Source: Macrostomum lignano
Lineage: Eukaryota
Length of the DNA stretch: 64,000 nt
Assembly: GCA_002269645.1 (NCBI GenBank)
Contig: NIVC01001563.1
Location: forward strand, 62,001-126,000
Reading direction: 5' to 3'
Shown here: positions 47,801 to 59,665 of the stretch, in pieces
How positions within the stretch are numbered: the first letter of the stretch is position 1
Layout of the letters: each line of letters begins with the position of its first letter
The notes under the pieces: model-generated
Told to the model about the DNA's origin: nothing
Seen by the model: only the letters and a program-made list of their open reading frames with translations
Databases searched by the model: none
Position numbers and translations under genes: made by a program

Positions 47801-48063
47801 AATCGGAGAATCACCTGCTCAGCGAGGAGGACGATCGAAGCAGCGGCAGCAGCAGCAGTTTGGCGGCCACTTTTGCAGCGGCGGCTGCGGCGGCGGCTGC
47901 TGCGGCGGCGGCTGCAGCCGTGGCGGACGGCGGCCGGTCCCGCTCAACGGAGAACCTGGCAGCTGACGCGGCCTGCGCGGCTAGCGGCGGCAGCATGAAG
48001 TCGCTGTCTAGTAGCGCTTCTAATGGGTCCCACGGCAGTCAGGAGATTCTCACCTATTCATAG
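35890..48063 (+). CDS. DUSP16: Dual-specificity MAPK phosphatase, DUSP8/DUSP16 (MKP-7, VHP-1) type; exons 35890-35955, 36157-36267, 41247-41514, 45867-46196, 46947-47070, 47163-48063; start exon upstream and uncertain
   Basis: Phases close (0,0,1,1,2; 1800 nt). Rhodanese/KIM domain (LLIDCRSFLEFN...SRLVRKRLQQGK, VVVYDQ, LLQGGFLSF), catalytic HCLAGISRS and ISPNFNFLGQL, and a C-terminal GSQEILTYS like DUSP8/16 GSMEIIEVS. DUSP8 versus DUSP16 orthology is not resolvable here. Confidence 0.88.
37084..37091. promoter_or_regulatory. Perfect CRE palindrome TGACGTCA in a DUSP intron
   Basis: Sequence match only. Confidence 0.35.
37365..37610. repeat. 34-bp minisatellite (TTTCAACTGCGATGATCATTGCTCATTATGAGCA)
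   Basis: About 7 diverged copies in a DUSP intron. Confidence 0.85.
40565..41185. repeat. 40-bp minisatellite (TGAGAGTGCCAATTAGAGAGGCCGAGTGACCTAGACCCAC), ending ~60 nt before a DUSP acceptor
   Basis: About 15 tandem copies. Confidence 0.94.
42140..43115. repeat. 61-bp dimeric minisatellite (alternating 30- and 31-bp GAGATTTTG...TGTGTCTCA units)
   Basis: Strict A/B alternation over ~15 dimers in a DUSP intron. Confidence 0.96.
44392..44623 (+). CDS. Putative alternative first coding exon of the DUSP (77 aa + 1 nt), giving a 528-aa isoform without the rhodanese domain
   Basis: ATG-initiated open frame ending ATG G|GTAAGT (perfect donor, phase 1), compatible with the phase-1 acceptor at 45867. 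Confidence 0.65.
44566..44579. promoter_or_regulatory. RFX X-box-like palindrome GTTACCATGGCAAC
   Basis: 13/14 match to GTTGCCATGGCAAC; a second looser site GTTGGCCTTAGCAAC at 43934-43948. Confidence 0.4.
44858..45788. repeat. 22-bp minisatellite (CTATATCAGGCTTAGCTACTTC), ending ~80 nt before a DUSP acceptor
   Basis: About 42 tandem copies. Confidence 0.96.
46540..46872 (-). mobile_element. SINE-like element with a truncated tRNA-like head, in a DUSP intron
   Basis: Minus-strand head GGGGCGGAGTAGCTCAGTGG...GGTTCGATT (boxes A and B, compressed); body homologous to 2810-3040; similar head at 53222-53257. Confidence 0.6.
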
Positions 48064-49239
48064 TTGATTAAACACATTAAAGGAATGCTCGTATTCATTT
48101 ATAGCTGACTTCTGTTCGTTTGCGTCGGGTAAAAGTGCAAATAGAGAATATCCAGTGACGTTTGTCCTGGTTTTGCAGTTTATTCATTAATATTTGAACT
48201 CTGAAATAAAAAACTACACGCTAGGATTTGATTCATTACTGTTGTACTTTGTCGTCCGTCTCATATTTTTTGTTTGTTTCTGAACCCGCAGATGATTTAT
48301 TTCTAATGTGTTTAATATAAACCAGTGGGTGAGGTTTATCTCTGTTGTCAAGCCTAGGATACCCATTCATATTATTATGTGTTGTGTGCTGTACTGTCTG
48401 TGATTTCTCTACCTTTTCCTTTGTCTTAACACTAAATTAGTGGGTGTCTTTATTGTGTAGCAATTAGTCAGTCCAGTGCCTTGTTGGAGCTTATCTGTAT
48501 GTTATGATAGCACTACTGCAGTTGACTGGAATTCAGCAAATAGTATTAGCTTTAGTCTGGCCGTGTATAAAACCGTCCCTGCATAATACGAACTAACTTA
48601 TATTTGTAAGAGATCATTATAGCCTCTGTCGCTTTATATTTATCTGATTTTTTGTCACTTTTTAAAACGACTTGAATCAACTTTGTTAGTCAGCCGAAAC
48701 TGGCTTACTAAATTGCTACAAACTAAACAAGTGTGCTTATCGTCTCTGTCGGTTAACTTGACTTTTTAACCAGGGTACTAGTTTGACCTTAGGAGAGAGG
48801 GACAGCCGATCTTTCTCTAGTGAGTCATACACCCCTCGTCTCTAGCTGCTCTTTGAAGCCTAGATAACTAGCCAAGTTTATAAGATATACCAACCACAAA
48901 AATGCACTCATCTACTCATTTTTTCAGTAGCAAAATTAGTGTTTTTTTTGCCTTTTTTGGTAAATTAACATATTCAAAAGATTTTGAAACTGAAACAATC
49001 ACTTTGGCTTTCTACAAGCAGACCCATAATTAAATTAGCATCTTTACCGTGTTTTAAAGACTTCAGACTGACTCAAACTCAAAATTATTTAAAAAGAAAT
49101 GGATTTAAGACTGAAGAATGGAGAAAAAATTGTTGAACTCGAATCTAGTGCGTGTGCATAGTGAGCAAGAGAGAAAAGGGATTGCGCCCCAGCCCCCAGC
49201 CAGTCTGACTTTAACCTCTCTCCTTACTGCTTCCTCATT

Positions 49240-50130
49240 GGCTGACTTAGATTGGGCTTGCCCCCACCACCCCTAGGCTGCTTTTCGTTCATCTGACTGT
49301 CACCTTACCGCTCTCTCATTGGCTGATCTAGATTGGGCCTGCCTCCAGCCCTTGGCTGATTTTCGTCCGTCTGACTGTCATCTCTTTCCGCACTGCTCTC
49401 TCATTCGCTGAGCTAGATTGGGCCTGCCTCCAGCCCAATACTGATTTTCGTCCGTCTGACTGTCATCTCTTTCCGCACTGCTCTCTCATTCGCTGAGCTA
49501 GATTGGGCCTGCCTCCAGCCCAATACTGATTTTCGTCCGTCTGACTGTCATCTCTTTCCGCACTGCTCTCTCATTCGCTGAGCTAGATTGGGCCTGCCTC
49601 CAGCCCAATACTGATTTTCGTCCGTCTGACTGTCATCTCTTTCCGCACTGCTCTCTCATTCGCTGAGCTAGATTGGGCCTGCCTCCAGCCCAATACTGAT
49701 TTTCGTCCGTCTGACTGTCATCTCTTTCCGCACTGCTCTCTCATTCGCTGAGCTAGATTGGGCCTGCCTCCAGCCCAATACTGATTTTCGTCCGTCTGAC
49801 TGTCATCTCTTTCCGCACTGCTCTCTCATTCGCTGAGCTAGATTGGGCCTGCCTCCAGCCCTGGGCTGATTTTCGTCCGTCTGACTCATCTCTTTCCGCA
49901 CTGCTCTCTCATTCGCTGAGCTAGATTGGGCCTGCCTCCAGCCCTGGGCTGATTTTCGTCCGTCTGACTCATCTCTTTCCGCACTGCTCTCTCATTCGCT
50001 GAGCTAGATTGGGCCTGCCTCCAGCCCTGGGCTGATTTTCGTCCGTCTGACTCATCTCTTTCCGCACTGCTCTCTCATTCGCTGAGCTAGATTGGGCCTG
50101 CCTCCAGCCCTGGGCTGATTTTCGTCCGTC
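49240..50130. repeat. 85/83-bp tandem repeat downstream of the DUSP
   Basis: About 10 copies; the last ones share a 2-nt deletion, indicating serial local expansion. Confidence 0.95.
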
Positions 50131-51449
50131 TTGCGTTCAATTTTGCACATCGAGTTGAATGCTTGTTGTTCATTCTTAACTTCAATATGCTCCTGAGGCC
50201 AGAAACTCGGATGAAGAAAAGGCAATTTTAGCTGCCTCATTTAATTTTAATGACACTGCGCAGAGAAACTACTGAAAATTAATAGTCTCAACTTTTTACG
50301 AGTTTAGTTGCGAGTGATATATCCAGTTATTCTAGATTATACTGCCGAAGTTTTGGTACAAGATCTAATCCTAGAAATGTAGCGGTACGGGGAGCTATAA
50401 ATCGGTTTGTTTTTAATAAAAGAGAGCTCTCTGAATTGTCATAGTTGATAAAATTGTTAATAAGTGAACAAAAAGTGAATAGATTTTTAAACACAACTTT
50501 ATTAAAATTGTTGTAAAACTCCGTGTGCCTGCGTTGTGCCCCTTGGACACAGCAGCAAATCTTGTTTTGCTATATACATATATATAAAGCATGCAGACTC
50601 AGGGCCTTAGATTGCTTAACTAAATAGAATACAGAAGATTTTCAGTAACTTCCCCCCCCCCTTTTTGCCTGTCCCGTATCGCTATTTAAAGTAATGTATT
50701 CGTCAATAGCTAGTAGTAAGGATTTTCATCCAAGCCGAAAAAATCTCTGTGATTCTCTGCTGCTGCTTTGCGTCATTATTCTATTCTGTTAGATAGAATT
50801 TGCACCTGCACTAAGCCATGCTCGCATCACTGTCCCGGCTACTGTTTCCAGTGTTATTCTTGTCATACATTTATATATATCGATTTCACTGTACCAGTTG
50901 GATTGTTTGATTACTTCGCTGTCTCTATCCATCTTTCATGCCATTCTGTCAGGTATTATTACTGTCATACTTTATTTGCCTTCTCTCGTACGCCCGCCCA
51001 GCCCTCTGTCATACTCTGTCAGAATTTAATAAATCATTCTCTGTAATCGCTGTGCTATTTAAGTTACCTATCGCCTGTTTATATCTAAGCAGAGAGTGGA
51101 CTCTGCCGCTATAATAACTATATTATTTCTATTAGTCATTCTACCGGTAGATGTAACCGGTATTTTGCCACTTGCGCTCATTGGCGTCATTAAGTTTAAT
51201 AAAGCATAGCAGCGGCAGCACAGTACTGCATAAAATATGTAGTTTAAGGTACGTCTATCTAGTAACTAAATATATTGCATAGAAATTTACTCCCCCGCTG
51301 CTCAAACTTTTTAGCACTTTTAAGCACAGTGAATTATAAATATTGACTTGGGGTTTTTTGCTAACAAAAATGTTTTTTTTGGATTAACAATTGTTTATCT
51401 AAGGGACAATTGCGCTTAACAAATGCATGTACACACATTGTACCTTAAA

Positions 51450-52030
51450 TCGCCCCTCAACAGTAAATTAAAATCGCTCATCAACAACAGTACATCAGAA
51501 TCGCTCATAAACAAGAGTACATCAGAATCGCCCCTCAACAACAGCACATCAGAATCGCTCATAAACAAGAGTACATCAGAATCGCTCATCAACAACAGCA
51601 CATGAGAATCGCCGTCAACAACAGCACATCAGAATCGCCCATCAACAAGAGTACATCAAAATCGCTCATCAAAAACAGCACATCAGAATCGCTCATAAAC
51701 AAGAGTACATCAGAATCGCCCATCAACAACAGCACGTTAGAATCGCCATCAAGAACAACACATCAGAATCGCTCATCAGCAGCACATCAGAATCGCTCAT
51801 CAGCAGCACATCAGAATCGCTCATCAACAGCACATCAGAATCGCCCCTCAACAACAGCACATTAGAATCGCCGTCAACAACAGTACATCAGAATCGCTCA
51901 TAAACAAGAGTACATCAGAATCGCTCATAAACAAGAGTACATCAGAATTGCCCATCAACAACAGCACATTAGAATCGCCAACAAGAACAACACATCAGAA
52001 TCGTCCATCAGCAGCACATCAGAATCGCTA
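51450..52030. repeat. ~24-27-bp degenerate minisatellite (CACATCAGAATCGCTCATCAACAACAG)
   Basis: Direct tandem copies. Confidence 0.9.
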
Positions 52031-52469
52031 GAACTGTTGCTAACAGTACTGTTGTTGGTTGCTAACATACCCAAAAAGGGAATGGCCCATAGGCGGCCTC
52101 TTAAAATGTATGTCAACAGTGCTTGAGAATTGCTTGACTCACGGAAGGCCCTCGAGCTCGCCAAGATTTGATTAGAATCCAGGCAGCACTGGTCGCACTT
52201 TTTAAAAAAATCCCACCCAGTTTTTCATTGCCGCTCCATTATCCGACTGAAAGCTTTTTAGTCTCTGTTTTTTCCTCTGGGAGTCGCTTCCCCGCGTCCT
52301 CAACAGCCCAATGTAAAGGATGAAAGTCATAAATATTACAGTAGTTGTACTGCGGGCGATAGATTTATGAATCGGCAGCCTCAGCTGCTCCTCATTTTTC
52401 GCTCCTCAGGACGAATTTCAAGTGGGCTCCATCTAGCAACTGCACTGCCAACAATCCCATATAAATATA

Positions 52470-53187
52470 GCTTTTTGCAGCCCATTTGGGCCTACGCGCA
52501 TTGAATTTAATCCAAGATAAGTTTGCCAATGTAACAGAGCTTTTGTCTATGGTAGCAAGGCTGGCACAGCGGCATTTCATTTGGTCCAACAAGCATCAAT
52601 TTGGTCCATTGCTTCATTTGCAACTGCTGCAGGGGAGCAACATCAGCCCCAAAATTGTGGACCATATGCTAGGCTGTCGAAAGAATGCCATTGGCTTGTG
52701 ATCGATGAACTCGACAGAGGTGAACACCCAAAAGACATTGCAAGGCTGCTGAATGTAAAAGAAAACATGGTTTACAGCATCCATGAACGCGTTGAAACCA
52801 CTGCGGGCAGAGGTCGCCTGCGAAGGGGTGGCGATCGCCAAGGCAAGTTGTTACTCGATGCAGTTGAGACAAACCCTTTGTTGACGGTGCATAAAATACA
52901 GCAGAAGTTGAAGGAACAGTTCCAGTTGGTTATCAGATTTCGACTATCAGCAGAGCTCTGGAAAAGCGACTGAAAATTGTCGGTAGAGACGCTGACATTC
53001 CAGCGGTACTCAACAACCTGCAGACGGTTGCGAGAAGGCAGGAGCGTTTGGACCAAATTGATGCTTGTTGGACCAAATGAAATGCCGCTGTGCCAGCCTT
53101 GCTACCATAGACAAAAGCTCCGTTACATTGGCAAACGTATCTTGGATTAAACTCAACGCGCGCAGGCCCAAATGGGCTGCAAAAAGC
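52470..53187 (+). mobile_element. IS630/Tc1/mariner-superfamily deletion derivative with ~145-bp TIRs, retaining the N-terminal HTH coding region
   Basis: TA-flanked near-perfect inverted termini. The internal ORF 52581..52973 contains LDRGEHPKDIARLLNVKENMVYSI (HTH-like) and RRGGDR...AVETNPLLT; no catalytic domain. Confidence 0.8.
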
Positions 53188-53409
53188 TATATTATATTGG
53201 AGCTATGCCACTCATAGTTTAGGGGCGGAGCAGCTTAGCGACCCCTAGTTCGATTCCGATTCGAAATCTTCAGTTGGTGCGTCTTTGCATTGAAAATTGG
53301 CCCAGGACTCAGAGTGTACATGCCTGATGAGTAGAAAGTCGGAGTGTGAGCGTGTGCATGAGTGCGTGCTTGCATACAGTATTGGCGGCTTGTATGCGCT
53401 CTTCAACAG

Positions 53410-53800
53410 GAGAGAATAGATGAGAGATCAAAGAAAGAAACAAAAGGAGATAGGATAGACCAGGCAAGAAGAGAGAAAAGAGAGAAGCGAGAGTAGAAGG
53501 GAGAGAGGAGAGATGAGAGAGCAGAGGAGAGATACGAGTACGAGAGAAGAGAAGAGAGATAAGAGGAGAAAAAGGGGAGAGTAGAGGGGGATAAGAGAGA
53601 AGAGAGAAGATAGGAGGGAGTAGAGACCAGACGAGAGAGAAGAGATGAAAGAGTAGGGAGAAGAGTAGGGAGGAGAGATGAAAGAGTAGGAAGAGAGTAT
53701 AGATATGAGAGCAAATAAAGGAGAGATCAGAGATAATAGATAAGAGCAGAGAGGAGAGATTAGAGATGAGAGACCAAAGAGGAGAGAGGAGACATGAGAG
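53410..53800. repeat. GA-rich polypurine low-complexity tract
   Basis: Almost only A and G on the plus strand. Confidence 0.9.
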
Positions 53801-54670
53801 AGTCTCAGTCTGAACAATGGCAGTGGAGAAATGGCATTTGAGAGGTTTTATAGAGGATTTGGAGAGGATTTGGAAGATGGAATTCGGGTCATCGGATTCA
53901 GCTGATGGATTTCATGGAAATGGAATTCTGGCGATGGAAGTTCCATCCCCTCCTCCAACGGAGGAGTTGGCCTCGTCATTATTATCACTATGTCTCAAAT
54001 AACCAGGGACACAAAAATATTCCATACGCTTCCTCAAAATTCCGAGGGCAGGTGCTGAAGTTTATGCGGCAGGATTTTGTTTATTGTCAAGGAGTTGACA
54101 ACAGGCGCCTGAGCCGTGAGAGGCCCAGGATTTGCAACAGGCTTTGCCGGGCGCTGTCTGTCACAGGATCTGCACACGCGGGGATTTGCTCATCAGAGTT
54201 GTCATTCCAGGGTCCGAGGAAAAAGGGTAATATAACAAGTTGCGCATTTTGGGGGGAATTATAGGTATCAAGTTTTTTCAGTCAAGGAGACTTTAGTGCG
54301 TTTCGGTTTGCAGGTGCAGGCATAATGGATTGGGCGGTAAGAGCGGATTGATGCCGACTCTTATATAGCTTTTCGCTTTTCAAGCAGAAACGCGGCAGTT
54401 TTTCAGCGAATTTGCTGGAATAAAAAATTCACTTTTTGCGACCTTCGGGGGAGCTTGCATAAAACAACAACTAGCTAGTGCGGGTTTAATTAGCAATTGA
54501 CTTTGCCAACTCGCTCTTGGTTTCTGGACAAACAGCACTTCCTTCTTTGATAAAATATTCTGCAAAAAACTATGTGCGCGCTATTTAAATACGCTGGATT
54601 CGTGGTTGCGAAATCCATTATCAATTATTTTGTCTCAGTCTGTTCGCTCCTCTCCGTTCTTTCTACCCAT

Positions 54671-57644
54671 TCAACAGATGTCGTGCCACTGGTGCACCGT
54701 GCTGGGCTGGTTCCGGAAACAGTCGCTCCATTGGGCTGCCCCGCTGCCTCCGGCGACGCTCACCGGCCCGATGACCGCCCGGCCGAGGAGGCGGGCGCCG
54801 ACCATGGCCATGCGGGTGCGGGCGCAGGCTACCACCATGAGGTAGGTCTCGCCGTCATCCTGAGCGCCCGGCGCAACTCGGAACCGGAACTCCTGGTTGA
54901 TAGTAGACAGCTCGGCTGAGCTCGATAGCTTCAACGGCGGGCCTTTGCGCGACTTCTTTTTGCGCTCTTGGCGCATCAGGCTGACTCGGAATTGCACTGA
55001 GACTGTTGGCGATAGAGGCGGGGTGGGTTAATCGATGTTTTGTTAAACCTGTTGCTTAATATAATGGACATTTTTCTTAGAAATAAGCTTTCGAGGAATC
55101 GAATTTCTCTCGACCGAATCTTTCTATGGCAAAACTCCATTCAGCGCCATCCATGCGGTCTTGAGAGCACACTAAATGCGACAAATATCCGTTCCTTACC
55201 GGCCTAGGAACCATGGACAGCTAAAAAACCTTCTGGACTTCCCATTTGCAAATGGACGAAGCGTGCATTTTGTCCGAGATGATCCGAGTCTCTTTAGCTA
55301 ATGCTTTAAAATGCTAAAAAGCCAGCGAAATGTGGACGATTTGCAAGTGCAGAGGCTCCTACCTCGTCTGAGGATCTGAGATAAAAAACACACATCTGCC
55401 TAGTGCTCGTACTTCTTCCAGTCAGACAGTCAGTTACCTGACCTGTGTAGATGAAGTATGTTAGCTTTTTACCTGTGCCTGCTGACTGCTCACAATGAGC
55501 ACAATGCCCGGATTTGGGACCGGCTCAACGAGAGCTCTCTCTCTCTCTCTCTGCCTCTCAATAAAAGTCATCACTAAGCCTGCATATTAGCCTGGGCAGG
55601 CCCTGGGATCGGGAAGGGACTCACCGTCAGTGTCTTTCACTCGGAGGTCGCGGCACTCGAGTAGGCCAACGGTGAGCAGGCGCTGCTTCTGGCTGTAGGC
55701 CAGCGAGGCGTGCAGGCGGCTGGGAGGCTGGCCCGGCCGGCTCTGCGGAGGCGGAGGGGGGAGGCGGTTGCGCGAAGCTGCATGTAAAGACAGAAAGAGC
55801 AGACTAAATGGCTGCCCATGCAGTCCAAGCCAGCTAAGGGGCTTTGGGTGTGGCCAAATATGGAGCCGAGCGAGACCCCATGGCTGCACTTCTAATAAAC
55901 TATTTAGTCTGGGGCCAACTCAAAGTTAATGAGGAAGTGAGTAAACACGATACCAAGAGGGTTGTCGACAGTGCAATTTGATGGAGCATTGGGCTCGTTA
56001 TCGTTTACTCTAGCGTCTATAGCAACCGACATCTTGATTAACTGCGCTATTGGAGTCAAGGTCATTAATCAGTTAGGCGATGCGATCTTATTAGCTAACT
56101 CGGTTCGAAGTCAGAGATCCATCAAAGTTTGCGCGCACTGTTTGTGAAAAAGTACAAACTGGACCTCTTCGAAGCGAGACTGGACTTCTTCTAAACAAGA
56201 CTGGATCTCTTGTAAAACAAGACTTGACCTCTTCTAAAACAAGACTGGACCTCTTCTAAACAAGACTGGACCTCTTGTAAAACAGGACTGGACCTCTTCG
56301 AAGCGATACTGGACCTCTTCGAAGCGATACTGGACCTCTTCGAAGCGAAACTGGACCTCTTCTAAAACAAGACTGGACCTCTTCGAAGCGAGACTGGACC
56401 TCTTCTAAACAGGACTGGACCTCTTCGAAGCGATACTGGACCTCTTCGAAGCGATACTGGACCTCTTCGAAGCGAAACTGGACCTCTTCTAAACAGGACT
56501 GGACCTCTTCGAAGCGAGACTGGACCTCTTCTAAACAGGACTGGACCTCTTCGAAGCGAGACTGGGACGGCCCCAATAGCCTAACCTTAGTAGATATGCA
56601 CCTTGTCAAAGAGCATCTCAGCGGAACTCTCCAAACGCATCAACTCACAGCCAACTCGCTCGGTGGAGTTTGCAGGTCGCGCCAGAACTCGTGACCGCCG
56701 GCGCCCAGCTTCAGAAGCGGAGCCGCCGGGATGCTGCACACGCCCAACAGCTGCGACTTGCCGCGGAAGCTGGTCGCCCGCTCCTTGACGCGAAAGACGA
56801 GCAACAGGTCGCGCGCCGCCTCCTCGCTGTCGCAGTGCAGCACAAAGCGACGCTCAAGAAATTTCGGATTGCAGGCGGCGCTCACAAGCTGGGTCCGGTG
56901 CTTACCGCCGTCCGGGCCGGCTCTGAATGACACGTAGAAGAAGCTCACGTTGCCAGGCAACCGGCTCATCAGGTGGCGCGCCTCCAGCACAGTCACGGCC
57001 AGCCGGCCGCCTGACTCCATCTCCAGCCGGACGCACAGCCGGCCAAGCGAGGTCTCGTGGCGAGCCGAGCCGCAGTCCGAGTCGGCGCTTTCGGCGCCAC
57101 GGTACAGGTTGACGTCGATGCCGAACTCCTCCAGCAGCGAGGCTGTTGTGTCGGCGTCTCTGCTGGATGACCCGGACTGCGGTAGCTGCTGCTGGTCCTG
57201 CACGTCGCCCTGACTCCGGGCTCGCTGGCGTCGAAGATAGTCAACGGCGCCGCCAGCGCGGCTTCGGGACGGCTGGCCGCTTGACGGCTCCTCTACGGAG
57301 GTGCCGCTGCCGATTCGTCGGCCGCCTCGGGTGGTGAAGGTCCGGTAGCTGGCCGGCTGCTGCAGCGGCACGGCGATACCTCCGCGGGTCTCGTCGACCG
57401 TGCGGGCCGACATCCAAGCGAAGCAGCAGTTGCTGTCACGCCGACTGTCGCTGCTGCTGCTGCTGCCACCGCCGCCACTGCTGCAGCTGCTGTTGTCGCT
57501 GCTGAAGATGCTCCGGCGGAAGGTTTTGGCTTTTTGCTGCTTCCGCCTGCGCCACAGCCAGAAGCCGGCGGCGGTGGCAGCAGCCGCAGCGACGCAGACC
57601 GCTGCCACACCGGCCGCCAGAATGGCCGCCTCGGCTGCCTGCAT
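54671..57644 (-). CDS. Synaptotagmin-like protein: N-terminal TM, linker and two C2 domains; exons 57644-56649, 55742-55625, 55002-54671 (481 aa)
   Basis: GT-AG, phases close (0,1). Hydrophobic N-terminus followed by RRRKQQK; C2A LGRLCVRLE...LAVTVLEARHL...NPKF...LLG; C2B LHASLAYS...LTVGLLECRDL...INQEFRF...QWSD...VHQWHDI. Confidence 0.82.
56155..56545. repeat. 21-bp minisatellite (CTGGACCTCTTCGAAGCGAGA) in synaptotagmin intron 1
   Basis: About 18 tandem copies. Confidence 0.94.
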
Positions 57645-59374
57645 GCTCTCTGACTTGCCTGCCTGTCTGTTGATGATGGAGTCTGTTGATGACTCAATCT
57701 TAAGATTCTTCAGTACGGGCGAACTGAAAGTTTTTACTCGGCTGATTTCGTCTGATGATATTTTTGGTTTTTCCTATTCGAGAGATTCCCGATTTTATAG
57801 ACTGTCGCCCACCCCTGGCGCGAAATCCTCTTTGAGTCTCTGCTCCCACATCCCCGCTCCCCTGTTCCTTCTCTACTCGCTCGCCTTCCGTACGCTTGAG
57901 ATTGGCCAATCCCGGTTCGACCCGAACAAAAATGATCTCCAAGCCTGCCCAGAATCCCGCGCCTCATCCTTCAACAGACATCCCTTGGCGCGTCTTACCT
58001 GTGAGGGGGGAGGGGTGGGTGGAGATGATAATCAGCAGGAGTAGCAATATTGAAAATAACTGGCAAAAATTTCGCGCCCGCTCTGATGCGTGTTTTTGTC
58101 GCTAAGTAGCGGCTGAGTGGGTAGAGAGGCAGGTAAGGGAGTTATTGGAAAATTTGTTTACTGCCTGCTGGCACCCGAAATTGCCGCCGCTCCAGTTGCC
58201 GCTTTCAGCGCCTGGGATTTAAAGAGACCGGCAAATTGAGCAATCTCGACTCGGGAAGGCGCGGGGGTGGAGACTTATCGCGAATAAGCGGCTGCTCTAG
58301 AGCCGCACCTGGCTCTTGTCTATTATTATTTCCCAGCTTGAGTATGGGAATCGCTGAGTGCCCGCTTAGCAGGTAGGGCCGGAGAAGGGGGGCGCTAAGC
58401 TCCGCGGGGTCCGGTTGCCCATCATCTCCCGGCTTTAATGAGCTGCGTTGCCTCGTCTTCAGCCTCGTCAGCAACGGTTCACTCTCGTGTAATAAAATAT
58501 TGCATAAAGAATGCGTTTGACGGCTCAAATGAAGGACCTCGCCATCTGTCCGATTAGCTGCTATTCGAGACCTCGCGATTTTAATAAGCGGCTTTGCTAA
58601 TCCAGCAGCAGCAATTCGAGCTGGGGCGGGGGGCGGTGCTTCGACGAACAGAGATTAAGAAACCTTCCTTAGCTTCCTTTCTGTTCCTTGCTATGTCTCT
58701 TAAAAGCATTGCGGTGTTGCTTTGGAAGCTAAAATTTGATTTATTTGCTATCTTTCAGGCGCCGCCGCCCGGGCTAGGAGGCCATTTTTGAGAGCGACAC
58801 CTTGCATAATCAAATGGATTGCATGGAAAGGTGACAGGCGGAATAAAGGATTGGATTATAAAACAGGTGGCTAATTTAACTAATGGCACTCAGGTAGACT
58901 CTTCTCTTGGCTCACTAAATGCACTACGACTGTGGAATACTTTTGTACCTTAGTTTTTTTGTTTTTGTTTTTTGCGTCTTTAGCACAAAATGCTCTTTTT
59001 ATGAGGGAATTTTGAGGGAAAGTTACATTTTTTCGAGGCCAATTTCCTGGGAAAACACTGTGGAGATAGGAAAAGTTTATTTTTTTCATAAACAAATCTA
59101 TGATTGCATTTGATCTGGGGCAGTGAAGATAACCATTATTTTAATTTAACATGCACAAATGTTGCTCTGTTGTATTTTATATAGTTGGATTGTGAAATAT
59201 TCATTTTCCTATTATTTTCTTTTCATTTAATATGCTGAAGCCACGTACAGTTAGTTGTACATACTCTCAAGTGAAGTTTTCATTTTATTTCATCTTGAAA
59301 CAAGTATATTTGTAATAAATTTGTTGCATGTGCAGGTACTCTAATGCAGATAAGAAAAGGTAGTCTGTGATAAA

Positions 59375-59665
59375 GTGGCCAGTGAGCATTGTGACTCTTT
59401 GTTGTGGTCTGATACATGTAGCTTAGGTCGCCAGTGAGCAATGTGGCTCTTTGTTGTGGTCTGATATACTGTACATGTAGCTAAAGTCGCCAGTGAGCAA
59501 TGTGGCTCTTTGTTGTGGTCTGATATACTGTACATGTAGCTAAAGTCGCCAGTGAGCAATGTGGCTCTTTGTTGTGGTCTGATATACTGTACATGTAGCT
59601 AAAGTCGCCAGTGAGCAATGTGGCTCTTTGTTGTGGTCTGATACATGTAGCTTAAGTCGCCAGTG
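59375..59665. repeat. 59-bp tandem repeat containing TACATGTA
   Basis: About 5 copies. Confidence 0.9.

Noticed and set aside
53817-54264. ORFs of 61 and 119 aa
   Set aside because: No recognisable motif or splice context.
45143-56609. Repeat-derived ORFs at 45143, 51416-51865, 53403-53817 and 56256
   Set aside because: Translations of minisatellites or the polypurine tract.
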